Shown: positions 29,103-40,725 of the stretch, one piece after another | Numbering within the stretch: position 1 is the stretch's first letter | Layout of the letters: each line of letters starts with the position of its first letter | NCBI GenBank assembly: GCA_003151815.1 | Contig: PLYN01000040.1 | Location: 5,859-69,858, forward strand | Source: Bacteroidota bacterium | GTDB taxonomy: Bacteria > Bacteroidota > Bacteroidia > 2-12-FULL-35-15 | Length of the DNA stretch: 64,000 nucleotides | Direction: 5' to 3' | Notes under the pieces: model-generated | Seen by the model: the letters and a program-made list of their open reading frames with translations, nothing else | Database searches by the model: none | Told to the model about the DNA's origin: nothing | Made by a program: the position numbers and the translations under genes

Positions 29103-31235
29103 ATGAGCGAACAACCGGAAAAAAATAATTCTTCTTTGAAGGATAAATTTTCAAAGAAACCGAATATGCCAAAAAATCCATTTAATTTTTACTGGATCTA
29201 TGGAATAATTGCCGTAGCATTAATTGCTATGCAGATGATGAATTTTAATAATCCGTTAAAAGAAGTTCAGCAAGATGAATTTTATAACGACATGCTTAAG
29301 CAACATCATGTTTCAAAAATTGTGGTGATCCCAAACGAGCAGATTGCTGAAATTTATATCAATAGAGATAACTTAGAGCTTCCTCAATATAAAAAAGATG
29401 GGCTTGATAAACATCCAAACGGACCACATTATAAAATGAAAATTTTAGATGTAGCAAGTTTCAAAACCGACTTAGACAAGGTTCAAGGAGATACTACCTA
29501 TTTCCCTGCGAATGTAAAAAAAATATATCCGATAACCGAAATGCGTACCAGTTGGTCAGATCAGTTGAGTTGGATTTTGCCGATCGTATTAATGGTTGTT
29601 ATCTGGATTATTATTATGCGCAGGATGGGCGGTGGTGCAGGTGGCGGACAAATTTTCAATATTGGAAAATCAAAAGCTACATTGTTTGATAAAGACTCCA
29701 ACGTAAACATAAATTTTAATGATGTTGCAGGATTAGAAGGTGCAAAAATTGAAATTAAAGAAATCGTCGATTTTCTTAAAAGTCCCACAAAATATACCGC
29801 TTTGGGTGCTAAAATACCTAAAGGAGCATTGTTGGTTGGACCTCCGGGTACCGGTAAAACCCTTTTGGCGAAAGCTGTTGCAGGTGAAGCGAAGGTTCCG
29901 TTCTTTTCATTATCGGGTTCTGATTTCGTAGAAATGTTTGTAGGGGTCGGCGCATCACGTGTAAGAGATTTATTCCGTCAGGCAAAAGAAAAATCTCCTT
30001 GTATTATTTTTATTGATGAGATAGATGCTATCGGTCGTGCTCGCGGTAAAAATCCTGCACAAGGTGCAAATGATGAACGTGAAAACACATTGAACCAGTT
30101 ACTAACTGAGATGGATGGATTTGGTACGAACAGCGGTGTAATTATTCTTGCAGCAACTAATCGTGCTGATATTCTGGATAGAGCATTGATGCGTGCCGGT
30201 CGTTTTGATCGCCAGATCTATGTGGATATGCCTGATTTAAATGAACGTAAAGATATTTTTAAAGTTCATTTGAAACCATTAAAAACAGATTCTTCAGTTG
30301 AAGTAGAATTTTTGGCAAAACAAACTCCGGGATTCTCCGGTGCTGATATCGCCAATATTTGTAACGAAGCTGCTTTAATTGCTGCTCGATACGATAAAAA
30401 AGTAATTCAAAAACAAGATTTTTTAGATGCTGTTGATCGTATCATCGGTGGATTGGAAAAGAAAAATAAAATTATTTCTGTTCATGAAAAGAAAGTAATT
30501 GCATATCATGAAGCAGGACATGCTGCAACAAGTTGGTTGCTGGAACATGCATCTCCATTGGTAAAAGTTACGATTGTGCCTCGTGGACATTCATTAGGTG
30601 CTGCCTGGTATTTACCTGAAGAACGACAAATCACAACCACCGAACAATTGTTGGATGAGATGTGTGCAACCCTTGGTGGACGTGCTGCTGAGGAAGTTAT
30701 TTTCGGTCAGATCTCAACAGGTGCATTAAGCGATTTGGAAAAAGTTACCAAGCAAGCCTACGCCATGATTACTATTTATGGCTTGAACAGTAAAATTGGT
30801 AACATTAGTTATTATGATTCTACCGGTGCTAATGAGTATGGTTTTACAAAACCTTACAGCGAAAAAACAGCGCAAATAATTGATGAAGAAGTAAGTAAAT
30901 TAATTGAAACAGCTTATATTCGTGCGAAAGACATACTTACTAAAAATATTTCTTTATTAAAATTGTTAGCTGAAAAATTACTGGAAAAAGAAGTTATTTT
31001 TAAAGAAGATTTGGAACTTATTTTCGGTAAACGCCCTTTTGATAAAGATGAATTACCGATACCCAAAGCGGTTGAGCTGGAATCAATCATTGCAGAGGCA
31101 AAGGCAGAAGCAAAAGCAGAAGTAAATGTAGAACTGAAAATTGAATCAAAGTCGGAATCAAAACCTGAAGATAAAAAAGAGGACGATAAAAAAAATGACA
31201 AAGAGCCTGAGCAACCGCTAAGCACGTTGTTTTAA
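29103..31235 (+). CDS. ftsH: ATP-dependent zinc metalloprotease FtsH
   Basis: Walker [12 protein letters not shown] region, zinc site HEAGHA. Acidic/Lys-rich C-terminal tail. Confidence 0.95.
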   Translation: MSEQPEKNNSSLKDKFSKKPNMPKNPFNFYWIYGIIAVALIAMQMMNFNNPLKEVQQDEFYNDMLKQHHVSKIVVIPNEQIAEIYINRDNLELPQYKKDGLDKHPNGPHYKMKILDVASFKTDLDKVQGDTTYFPANVKKIYPITEMRTSWSDQLSWILPIVLMVVIWIIIMRRMGGGAGGGQIFNIGKSKATLFDKDSNVNINFNDVAGLEGAKIEIKEIVDFLKSPTKYTALGAKIPKGALLVGPPGTGKTLLAKAVAGEAKVPFFSLSGSDFVEMFVGVGASRVRDLFRQAKEKSPCIIFIDEIDAIGRARGKNPAQGANDERENTLNQLLTEMDGFGTNSGVIILAATNRADILDRALMRAGRFDRQIYVDMPDLNERKDIFKVHLKPLKTDSSVEVEFLAKQTPGFSGADIANICNEAALIAARYDKKVIQKQDFLDAVDRIIGGLEKKNKIISVHEKKVIAYHEAGHAATSWLLEHASPLVKVTIVPRGHSLGAAWYLPEERQITTTEQLLDEMCATLGGRAAEEVIFGQISTGALSDLEKVTKQAYAMITIYGLNSKIGNISYYDSTGANEYGFTKPYSEKTAQIIDEEVSKLIETAYIRAKDILTKNISLLKLLAEKLLEKEVIFKEDLELIFGKRPFDKDELPIPKAVELESIIAEAKAEAKAEVNVELKIESKSESKPEDKKEDDKKNDKEPEQPLSTLF

Positions 31236-31271
31236 TAAATAGAACTCAGATGACCAGATTGTTATCCCTCG

Positions 31272-31333
31272 CACTTTCTCGACTTCGCTCGAAATGACCC
31301 ACGCGCTGTCATTCGAGCGAAGTCGAGAAAGTG
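31272..31333. repeat. REP-like palindrome (TTTCTCGACnnCGCTCGAAATGAC family), probable ftsH terminator
   Basis: cactttctcgacttcgctcgaaatgac (31272-31298) pairs with gtcattcgagcgaagtcgagaaagtg (31308-31333). Confidence 0.7.
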
Positions 31334-31382
31334 TGTTAGCTTTGAAATATTAGACTAAAATATATTTACAAATGGTTTAAAT

Positions 31383-32036
31383 ATGCAAAACAGCACCACT
31401 TCAAAAGAAAAAATATTAAAACAGATCCGAAAGGCGTTAACTCATAAATCATCTCAGGAAATTGGTGATGTAGATAAAGAGTCTGAAATATTTAACGTTT
31501 CTGAAGAGCCTCTTGAAATTCAATTTGCACAAAATTTTTTGGCACTCAATGGTAAATTTATTTTTTGTGAAAACTCAACTGAATTTATTGAAAATTTCGA
31601 TTTTATTTCCAAAGACAATAATTGGAAAAATCTATTCTGCCTGGAACCAACTATCAAAGACCTGCTTAACAAAGCCAGCATAAAATTTTCTGATCAGGAA
31701 GCCGATTTTTTAGCGACAGATATTGGTATCACACTTTGTGAGTGCCTTGTTGCACGTACAGGGAGCGTGATGATAACATCCAAACAGGCTTCCGGGCGTA
31801 GGTTACCTATTTACCCGAACGAACATGTTGTAATAGCGTTTACATCGCAATTAGTTTATAATATTAAAGATGCATTAAAATTCATCCGCGAAAAATATAA
31901 CAATCAAATCCCATCAATGATCGCAACAATTTCTGGTCCCAGCCGAACTGCTGATATAGAAAAAACATTGGTTCAGGGCGCACATGGTCCCAAAGAAATT
32001 TATGTTTTTTTAATTGATGATTTGACTGCGGAATAA
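31383..32036 (+). CDS. LUD-domain (LutC/YkgG-like) protein
   Basis: 217 aa; ITLCECLVARTGSVMITS ... SGPSRTADIE pattern. Confidence 0.65.
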   Translation: MQNSTTSKEKILKQIRKALTHKSSQEIGDVDKESEIFNVSEEPLEIQFAQNFLALNGKFIFCENSTEFIENFDFISKDNNWKNLFCLEPTIKDLLNKASIKFSDQEADFLATDIGITLCECLVARTGSVMITSKQASGRRLPIYPNEHVVIAFTSQLVYNIKDALKFIREKYNNQIPSMIATISGPSRTADIEKTLVQGAHGPKEIYVFLIDDLTAE

Positions 32037-32199
32037 TAAGTTATGGTCTTTTTTTGTTATGCTGAATGCTCGCTTGAATGAATGGCGAAAGGAAAGTCGG
32101 GCAGGCAATGAAGCATTTTTTCCTGATTGAAAGGTAAGATTTTTCGTTGCACTCAAAATGACATAATTTTTTGTAAATGAAATATAATTTAAAATCAAC

Positions 32200-33015
32200 G
32201 TGAATAATTTCGTAAAACGAACTCTTACAGGAATAGTATTTGTAGCTGTACTTTTAGGCTGCACCTTTTGGAATCAAATTTCATTTTCGATTTTGTTTTT
32301 TATAATTACCATTTTAGGTGTTTGGGAGTTTTATACTTTATCTGAAAAAGGTGGCAATCAACCTCAAAAAATATTCGGAACTATTGCAGGTGCTATTTTA
32401 TTTGGAAGTACCGCTCTGGTATGTATGGGTTTTTTTGATCCTCGGATTTTACTGATTAATATCCCCATTATTTTTATAATCTTTATTTTTGAATTGTATT
32501 CAAAAGCCGCAAATCCATTTGGCAATATTGCCTTCACCCTATTGGGATTAATTTACGTAGCTCTTCCTTTTTCATTGTTGAATTACATTACTACCTATAG
32601 TGTATCTTACAGTTATCAACTACTTTTTGGGATTTTCTTTATTGTTTGGAGCAGTGATTCAGGCGCTTATTTGGCAGGTTCAGCATTTGGTAAACATAAA
32701 TTATTTCTTCGTGTATCACCGGGTAAAACATGGGAAGGCAGCATCGGAGGAGCTATCGCAAGTTATTTTGTGGCATATCTTATTTCCAGTTGGTTCACTA
32801 GCATCAGCATGATCGACTGGATGGTGCTCGCTACAATTATTGTTATTATAGGCACCTTAGGCGATTTAGTAAAATCACTTTTAAAACGCAGTGTCAATGT
32901 GAAAGATTCGGGTAATATTCTTCCGGGACATGGTGGTATTTTAGATCGTTTCGACAGCCTGATCATGGCAACTCCCTTTGTATTTATATATTTGTATCTG
33001 ATCAAATTATTTTAA
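32200..33015 (+). CDS. cdsA: Phosphatidate cytidylyltransferase
   Basis: Signature GDLVKSLLKRSVNVKDSGNILPGHGGILDRFDS; GTG start. Confidence 0.9.
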   Translation: MNNFVKRTLTGIVFVAVLLGCTFWNQISFSILFFIITILGVWEFYTLSEKGGNQPQKIFGTIAGAILFGSTALVCMGFFDPRILLINIPIIFIIFIFELYSKAANPFGNIAFTLLGLIYVALPFSLLNYITTYSVSYSYQLLFGIFFIVWSSDSGAYLAGSAFGKHKLFLRVSPGKTWEGSIGGAIASYFVAYLISSWFTSISMIDWMVLATIIVIIGTLGDLVKSLLKRSVNVKDSGNILPGHGGILDRFDSLIMATPFVFIYLYLIKLF

Positions 33016-33140
33016 TTTTATTAATATTAATAAATGTGACTTCAATCAATGATGTATTTAACATTTTTTGTATCAGAAATATTTATTTTTACGAAACATA
33101 AAAGGGTTTTTTAAGTTAAAGAGAACAAAACAAAAATATT

Positions 33141-34421
33141 ATGACAGCCAGAAAAAATGTTCCAATAATAAAACCTACCGAAGGCAGCATGTTTGATGCT
33201 GTTTTGGCCAGATTAGACATCGCTTCCAAAATATATGGTTTATCAGAAGATGTGACTATGATATTGAGGAGTCCGCAAAAGGCTGTGAAGGTGAGTTTGC
33301 CGATCATGATGGACGACGGAAAGATGCACATGTTCGAAGGCTATAGAACAATTCATTCCACAATTTTGGGCCCCTCAAAAGGAGGTATCCGTTATGCGAT
33401 GGATGTGAACGATGAAGAAGTAAAAGCATTGTCGGCATGGATGACTTTTAAATGTGCTATAGCAAATCTTCCATACGGTGGCGCTAAAGGCGGTATCACC
33501 TGCGACCCGCGCACCATGAGTGAGGGAGAGTTGGAACGTTTAACCAGAGGATATACTGTTGCTTTGGCCGATGTATTTGGTGTTGATCATGATATTCCGG
33601 CTCCTGACATGGGAACCAGCGCCCGCGAAATGGCTTGGATATTAGATGCCTATAATAAAGTTCATCGTAGTGATTTTCCAGGTGTTGTTACAGGTAAACC
33701 TGTTGGTTTGGGAGGATCCTTAGGACGCGAAACAGCAACCGGAAGAGGTATTATGGTGGCTACATTTGCAGCTTTAAAAAAAATGAACTTAGATCCTAAA
33801 AAAGTAACTGCTGCTGTTCAGGGTTTTGGTAATGTTGGATTAAATTCTGCTCGTTTTTTACACGAACATGGAATTAAAGTATGTGCTATTGGAGACCATA
33901 CTGTAACCTTATGGAACCCAAAAGGAATTGATATTGCTGCCGCAATAAAATATACAAAAGAAAATAAGGGTGTGTTAAAAGGCTTTACCGGCGGAGTGGA
34001 AATAAAAAATTCAGAACTCTTAACTGCTGATGTGGATGTGTTGGTTCCGGCAGCTCTTCAAAATGTAATAACTAAAGAAATTGCAGTTGACATAAAAGCG
34101 AAACTGATCGTTGAAGGTGCCAATGGACCTACAACTCCCGAAGCAGATGAGATCTTACAGAAAAAAGGAATCATTGTTGTTCCTGATGTTTTAGCAAACA
34201 GTGGAGGTGTTACCGTATCTTATTTCGAATGGATACAAAATAAATATGGAAATTACTGGACAGAAGAAGAAGTGAATATCAAACATGATGCATCTATGAA
34301 TGCAGCTTTTGAAACTGTTTGGAACAATGGACAACAGTATAAAACAACGATGCGTATTGGTGCATACATTACCGCTTTAAAGAAACTGGAAATGGGTATC
34401 AACGCGAAGGGACACTATTGA
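33141..34421 (+). CDS. Glu/Leu/Phe/Val-family dehydrogenase (glutamate dehydrogenase-like)
   Basis: Catalytic Lys region LPYGGAKGGI; Rossmann motif QGFGNVG. Confidence 0.9.
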   Translation: MTARKNVPIIKPTEGSMFDAVLARLDIASKIYGLSEDVTMILRSPQKAVKVSLPIMMDDGKMHMFEGYRTIHSTILGPSKGGIRYAMDVNDEEVKALSAWMTFKCAIANLPYGGAKGGITCDPRTMSEGELERLTRGYTVALADVFGVDHDIPAPDMGTSAREMAWILDAYNKVHRSDFPGVVTGKPVGLGGSLGRETATGRGIMVATFAALKKMNLDPKKVTAAVQGFGNVGLNSARFLHEHGIKVCAIGDHTVTLWNPKGIDIAAAIKYTKENKGVLKGFTGGVEIKNSELLTADVDVLVPAALQNVITKEIAVDIKAKLIVEGANGPTTPEADEILQKKGIIVVPDVLANSGGVTVSYFEWIQNKYGNYWTEEEVNIKHDASMNAAFETVWNNGQQYKTTMRIGAYITALKKLEMGINAKGHY

Positions 34422-34427
34422 TTTATG

Positions 34428-34530
34428 GATGTGCTGATTAGTAGATGTGCTGATTAGAAAATGTATTGATATGAGTTCTCACATCAGCACATTTTTTAAT
34501 CAGCAAATTAGCACATCTTCTAATCAGCAA
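34428..34530. terminator. Word hairpin (GATGTGCTGATTAG words) between convergent gdh and der; probable bidirectional terminator
   Basis: gatgtgctgattagtagatgtgctgattag (34428-34457) faces ...cacatcagcac...taatcagcaaattagcacatcttctaatcagca (34480-34530). Confidence 0.6.
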
Positions 34531-34550
34531 TCAGAACATCAACACATCGA

Positions 34551-35855
34551 TTATTTCTTCCTCATAAAGATCTGAATCGGAACACCCGAAAGGTCAAACT
34601 GCTCCCGCATTCTGTTTTCAAGAAAACGAATATATGCTTCAGTAACATATTGCGGAAGATTGCAATAAAACGCGAAGGTAGGAGCATGCGTAGGTAGTTG
34701 ATTGATGAATTTTATTTTTACATGTTTTCCTTTGATCGCTGCCGGAGGTTGATTCTCAATGATTGGTAACATCACATCATTGAGATGACGGGTTTTAATT
34801 GTTTGAGTACGATTTATATTTACTTTTTCAGCAGCTTCGATCGCTTTTAAAACACGTTGTTTGGTTAATGTTGATGTAAATACAATGGGTACATCTTTAA
34901 AAGGCATCAGTTTCTCACGAATTTTTTCTTCATACTCTTTTGTGGAGTTAGTTGTTTTTTCTACTAAGTCCCATTTGTTTACGAGTATTACAATGCCCTT
35001 ACGGTTACTTTCAGCCAAATGGAAAATGTTGATATCCTGCGCTTCTAATCCTAAAGTAGCATCAATTAAAAGTAAGATCACATCGCAATCTTCAATGGCA
35101 CGAATGGAACGCATCACCGAATAAAACTCAAGATCTTCTTCTACTTTTGATTTTTTACGGATACCGGCAGTGTCGATCAATAAAAAGTCGTGGCCGAAAG
35201 AAGTGTATCTCGTATTGATGGAATCACGTGTTGTTCCGGCGATTGGTGTTACAATGTTGCGTTCTTTGCCCAGCAATGTATTGATGAAAGATGATTTACC
35301 AACGTTAGGGCGACCAACAACAGCAAATTTGGGAATGTTCAATTCTTCTATTTCCAGATCTGGCTCCAATGCTTTTACAACATCATCTAATAATTCACCG
35401 GTGCCGCTTCCACTGATGGCAGAAATGTTATAAGGCTCTCCAAGACCTAATGCATAAAACTCGCCCGACAAACCCTGACGTTCGTAATTATCCACTTTGT
35501 TAGAAACCAGAAATACTTTCTTTTTACCACGCCTTAATATATCAGCAACTACTTTATCGTCTTCCGTAATGCCTTCTGATACATCTAAAACAAATAAAAT
35601 TACATTCGCTTCATCAATGGCGAGTTTCACTTGTTTACGAATTTCACCTTCAAAAACATCGTCCGAACCTTTCACGTATCCACCGGTATCGATCACCGAA
35701 AATTCCAAGCCGTTCCATTCCGATTTTCCGTAATGTCTGTCGCGTGTTACTCCTGATTCCGCATCAACTATTGCTTTTCTACTATCGGTCAACCGATTGA
35801 AAAGTGTTGATTTTCCAACATTCGGGCGACCTACTATTGCTACTATATTTGCCAT
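34551..35855 (-). CDS. der: Ribosome-associated GTPase Der (EngA)
   Basis: Two tandem G domains (GRPNVGKST and GRPNVGKSS) plus a KH-like C-terminus. Confidence 0.95.
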   Translation of the reverse strand: MANIVAIVGRPNVGKSTLFNRLTDSRKAIVDAESGVTRDRHYGKSEWNGLEFSVIDTGGYVKGSDDVFEGEIRKQVKLAIDEANVILFVLDVSEGITEDDKVVADILRRGKKKVFLVSNKVDNYERQGLSGEFYALGLGEPYNISAISGSGTGELLDDVVKALEPDLEIEELNIPKFAVVGRPNVGKSSFINTLLGKERNIVTPIAGTTRDSINTRYTSFGHDFLLIDTAGIRKKSKVEEDLEFYSVMRSIRAIEDCDVILLLIDATLGLEAQDINIFHLAESNRKGIVILVNKWDLVEKTTNSTKEYEEKIREKLMPFKDVPIVFTSTLTKQRVLKAIEAAEKVNINRTQTIKTRHLNDVMLPIIENQPPAAIKGKHVKIKFINQLPTHAPTFAFYCNLPQYVTEAYIRFLENRMREQFDLSGVPIQIFMRKK

Positions 35856-35938
35856 TTTTTTTAATTGGAGATTTGTTGAAGTAAAGATTTGTTGATTTGG
35901 CTTTATTTAATTCTCGAGCTCTTCATTTCTCTAATTCA

Positions 35939-36820
35939 CTAATTGGTATATCCGTATTTCTTCAATTGGTTATCGCTATCACGCCAGTCTTTGTTAACTT
36001 TTACGAAGAGCTCCAGGAACACTTGTTTTTGTAAAAATATCTCCATGTCCTTACGCGCTTCGGTGCCTACTTTTTTAAGAGCTTTGCCCTGATGCCCAAT
36101 GATGATACCCTTTTGAGAATCACGAACCACAAATATTTCAGCACGTATCTTCACTATTTTTTCTTCTTCTTTAAATGATTCTACAACCACTTCAACAGAA
36201 TATGGAATTTCTTTTTTGTAGTTCATCAATATTTTTTCACGAATGATTTCCGAGATAAAAAACTTTTCGGGTTTATCCGTTAATTGATCTTTATCATAAA
36301 AACCGGGGCCTTCAGGCAACAGCGCAAGTATGCGATCAAAAATATAGCTGACATTAAATTTTTCTAATGCCGATACAGGAATCACTTCAGCATTGGGTAC
36401 TTCTGTTTTCCATTTATTTACTTTCTCTTCCAGCTTAGTTTGATCGGCTAAATCAATTTTATTTATCAGTAATAAAACAGGCACTTTCGCATTTTTAATT
36501 TTATGCAGTACTTTTTCTTCAATGGCAATATCCTCATAAATATCTGTAACAAAAAGCATGATATCAGCATCGGTGATGGCAGTATATACAAAATCCATCA
36601 TAGATTCCTGCATTTTATAATGCGGTTGTAAAACACCTGGGGTATCGGAATAAACAATTTGAAAATCCTCACCATTCACAATCCCCATGATACGGTGGCG
36701 GGTAGTTTGTGCTTTGGACGTAATAATGGAAAGACGTTCGCCCACCAGAACATTCATAAGGGTTGACTTACCTACGTTTGGACTACCTATAATGTTTACA
36801 AAACCGGCTTTGTGTGCCAT
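35939..36820 (-). CDS. era: GTPase Era
   Basis: GSPNVGKST, DTPG and NKID G-motifs plus a C-terminal KH domain. Confidence 0.95.
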   Translation of the reverse strand: MAHKAGFVNIIGSPNVGKSTLMNVLVGERLSIITSKAQTTRHRIMGIVNGEDFQIVYSDTPGVLQPHYKMQESMMDFVYTAITDADIMLFVTDIYEDIAIEEKVLHKIKNAKVPVLLLINKIDLADQTKLEEKVNKWKTEVPNAEVIPVSALEKFNVSYIFDRILALLPEGPGFYDKDQLTDKPEKFFISEIIREKILMNYKKEIPYSVEVVVESFKEEEKIVKIRAEIFVVRDSQKGIIIGHQGKALKKVGTEARKDMEIFLQKQVFLELFVKVNKDWRDSDNQLKKYGYTN

Positions 36821-36945
36821 CTGATAATTTGTTAATAAAATTTATTTGGAGTACAAAGAAACAAAATATATCTTTGTGCTCTTAAATTAAACGACAAACG
36901 GTTGTTTTTAACAAGGTTTTGATTTACTAAATACCAACGATATAT

Positions 36946-38598
<1,653 letters not shown>

Positions 38599-38618
<20 letters not shown>

Positions 38619-38877
38619 AATTGAAAATATTATATGATATTATTGATAATTTATATAGTCCGTCAATTAATTCTTTTGCGTCTTGTTCACTAATATCAGC
38701 AAATACTTCATTGCTTTTCACTTGTTTAATAGTTAACTTTTTAGGATTCTCAAAATTATCCATACGAGAATAGAAAAATGTACTCGCTGCTGATGCTTCT
38801 TTATCCGCAAAATTTTCAAATTGTTTTTCTTGTTTTAACCCTTCATCTGTTAGTTTTTCATGTTTAAAATTTGACAT
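38599..38877 (-). CDS. Hypothetical small protein, overlaps the recombinase start
   Basis: 92 aa; 20-nt overlap with the recombinase start. Confidence 0.45.
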
Positions 38878-38985
38878 TTTAGTTACAAATCAGGTGCAGG
38901 TCTGACTTGTGATTCAGTGGCTGCACTATTTGTAATATCCTGCTTGTATCAGGTCATTTAATAAATCTTTTTAAAAATATTTTTA

Positions 38986-39888
38986 TTAATCAAATATTAC
39001 TTTTACAGTATTTGAAATTTTTGTTATCATTCCCTTATGGCTCTTTAATTCAATATCCTGATATGAACCTTCCTGTAAAATATCTACGATTCGTTTTTTT
39101 GGATTTTCAGATTTTGTTAGTTTAAGATGTTTCATCTTTTTGTCTAAAAAGCTAATTGAAATAGTATCATAATTACCATTATGAATTAGTTCCATTAATC
39201 TAATTTCATTGGGTTCTAATAATTTTAATTCAGGAAATAGATAAACACAATTTTTATCAAGTAAAAAATCTTTAATTATTTTTGAAATAGATATGTTAAT
39301 ATGAGATTCGTAAAGTTTTAATTCTCTAATTTCCTTATCATAAAGCTCCTCTTTCCCTTCATACCAAATTACTACACCGCCGTTTTTAAATAAAAGAATT
39401 GAAGTCGGTATTTTTTGAAGTATGGAGTGAATTATTGCTATATAAAAATGTGTTAATCCTTCTTCATTAACTTTTTTTTCTCCGTCCAACATTAGTTGTA
39501 TTATTTCATCTTTTTCTGCTTCGGCAAAGGACATTGTCTTTTTTAATTCATTAATATTCTTTTTAAACTCTTTGTATAATGGCTTTGAATCTATCAATTC
39601 AAATAAAAAATCTTTGGATTCCTTTATTAATTCAATAGGAACACCTAAGTCCCTCATTTCAGAAATTACCCTTATCCAAGCATAATCTATGAAACTGAAA
39701 TTTCGCCATTGAGGTTCATTTTTTCTCTGTGAACTTAATATTCCTTTTTTATCCCAATAGTTAATATTAGTATATGTTACACCGACATCTTTCGGATTAA
39801 ATATTTCTTTATTCATTGACATAGCCAATTCAATTGACTTTTCAAATGTTTTTGCTCCAAAAAACGGGTCAAGAATTAATTTGTTCAT
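38986..39888 (-). CDS. MerR-like HTH protein (candidate island regulator/excisionase)
   Basis: N-terminal DVGVTYTNINYWDKKGILS...WRNFSFIDYAWIRVISEMRDLGVPIELIKE follows the MerR-type HTH/wing pattern; 300 aa. Confidence 0.5.
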   Translation of the reverse strand: MNKLILDPFFGAKTFEKSIELAMSMNKEIFNPKDVGVTYTNINYWDKKGILSSQRKNEPQWRNFSFIDYAWIRVISEMRDLGVPIELIKESKDFLFELIDSKPLYKEFKKNINELKKTMSFAEAEKDEIIQLMLDGEKKVNEEGLTHFYIAIIHSILQKIPTSILLFKNGGVVIWYEGKEELYDKEIRELKLYESHINISISKIIKDFLLDKNCVYLFPELKLLEPNEIRLMELIHNGNYDTISISFLDKKMKHLKLTKSENPKKRIVDILQEGSYQDIELKSHKGMITKISNTVKVIFD

Positions 39889-40172
39889 TTCTCTTATTTT
39901 TAATATTGTGTAATATTACATAATTTAATTAATATGGACAAATAATTTTAATGAATAATTTTTCAGCGAGAACTAATTTATGCAGTCCGTCAATTTTAAT
40001 CGTCATTTGACGAATTTTACAGGAATAAAAAAATCTTTATGTAGGAATTAAGAAGTAATTGAAAATGATTGAAAATAATTGAAATTCATTTAAAAATGTG
40101 TAGTTTTTAATTGTTCTCCTTAATCCTACCAAGTAAAATATCGATGAATCAAAAAAGGTTTCAGCATATCAA

Positions 40173-40577
40173 TCAATTTTTACAATTATTGGACATTAAA
40201 AATATTACAATAGAAACAATTATACCTAACAATGTGAATATAATAGTATATATCATTAAACTATTATTCTTTTTAGATAACGAAATACTTTCTTTGCTAT
40301 TGTCATATATTTCAATTTCTTTTTTCTTTGCATCTATATACCTTTCGGATTTTCTGCCTTTCAATTGTATTGATTGAGCATTATTTAAAAAAGATAAAAT
40401 TTTTAAATCGTTTTCAAATATTGCTATGTATTCATTTAATTCAGTAAAATGTAAAGTTTTTTTTGGAGAAAGTTTTTTATTTACTTCAACTAATACATCT
40501 TTTATGAGTACTGCATTTCCATTACTCATTTGTTGTATTGTTTCTAAAATCAAAATTTCCATATTTAGCATTTTCAC
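40173..40577 (-). CDS. Hypothetical protein with a C-terminal TM helix
   Basis: 134 aa; LMIYTIIFTLLGIIVSIVIFLM near the C-terminus. Same strand as its neighbours; the competing plus-strand ORF 40111-40377 is less plausible. Confidence 0.35.
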   Translation of the reverse strand: MKMLNMEILILETIQQMSNGNAVLIKDVLVEVNKKLSPKKTLHFTELNEYIAIFENDLKILSFLNNAQSIQLKGRKSERYIDAKKKEIEIYDNSKESISLSKKNNSLMIYTIIFTLLGIIVSIVIFLMSNNCKN

Positions 40578-40725
40578 AAATATAGAATTATTTAGTAACT
40601 TAGTTTAAATAGCAAATCGGTTCTGACCGTAAATAGGGAGATAATAAAAAAAACATTTATTAATTTGTAATTAAGAGCTAAAATTCCAGAATGGACTAAT
40701 AAATTATTGAAAAATTGACACCTTT

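Noticed and set aside
38657-39995. Exact 12-mer agtccgtcaatt at 38657-38668 and 39984-39995 as a possible binding-site pair.
   Set aside because: Many 12-mer coincidences are expected by chance in 64 kb of AT-rich DNA, and one copy lies inside a coding region.
40111-40377. 88-aa plus-strand ORF.
   Set aside because: It overlaps the minus-strand 134-aa ORF, which shares orientation with all neighbouring island genes. The plus-strand product is Ile/Leu/Phe low complexity. Neither ORF is strongly supported.
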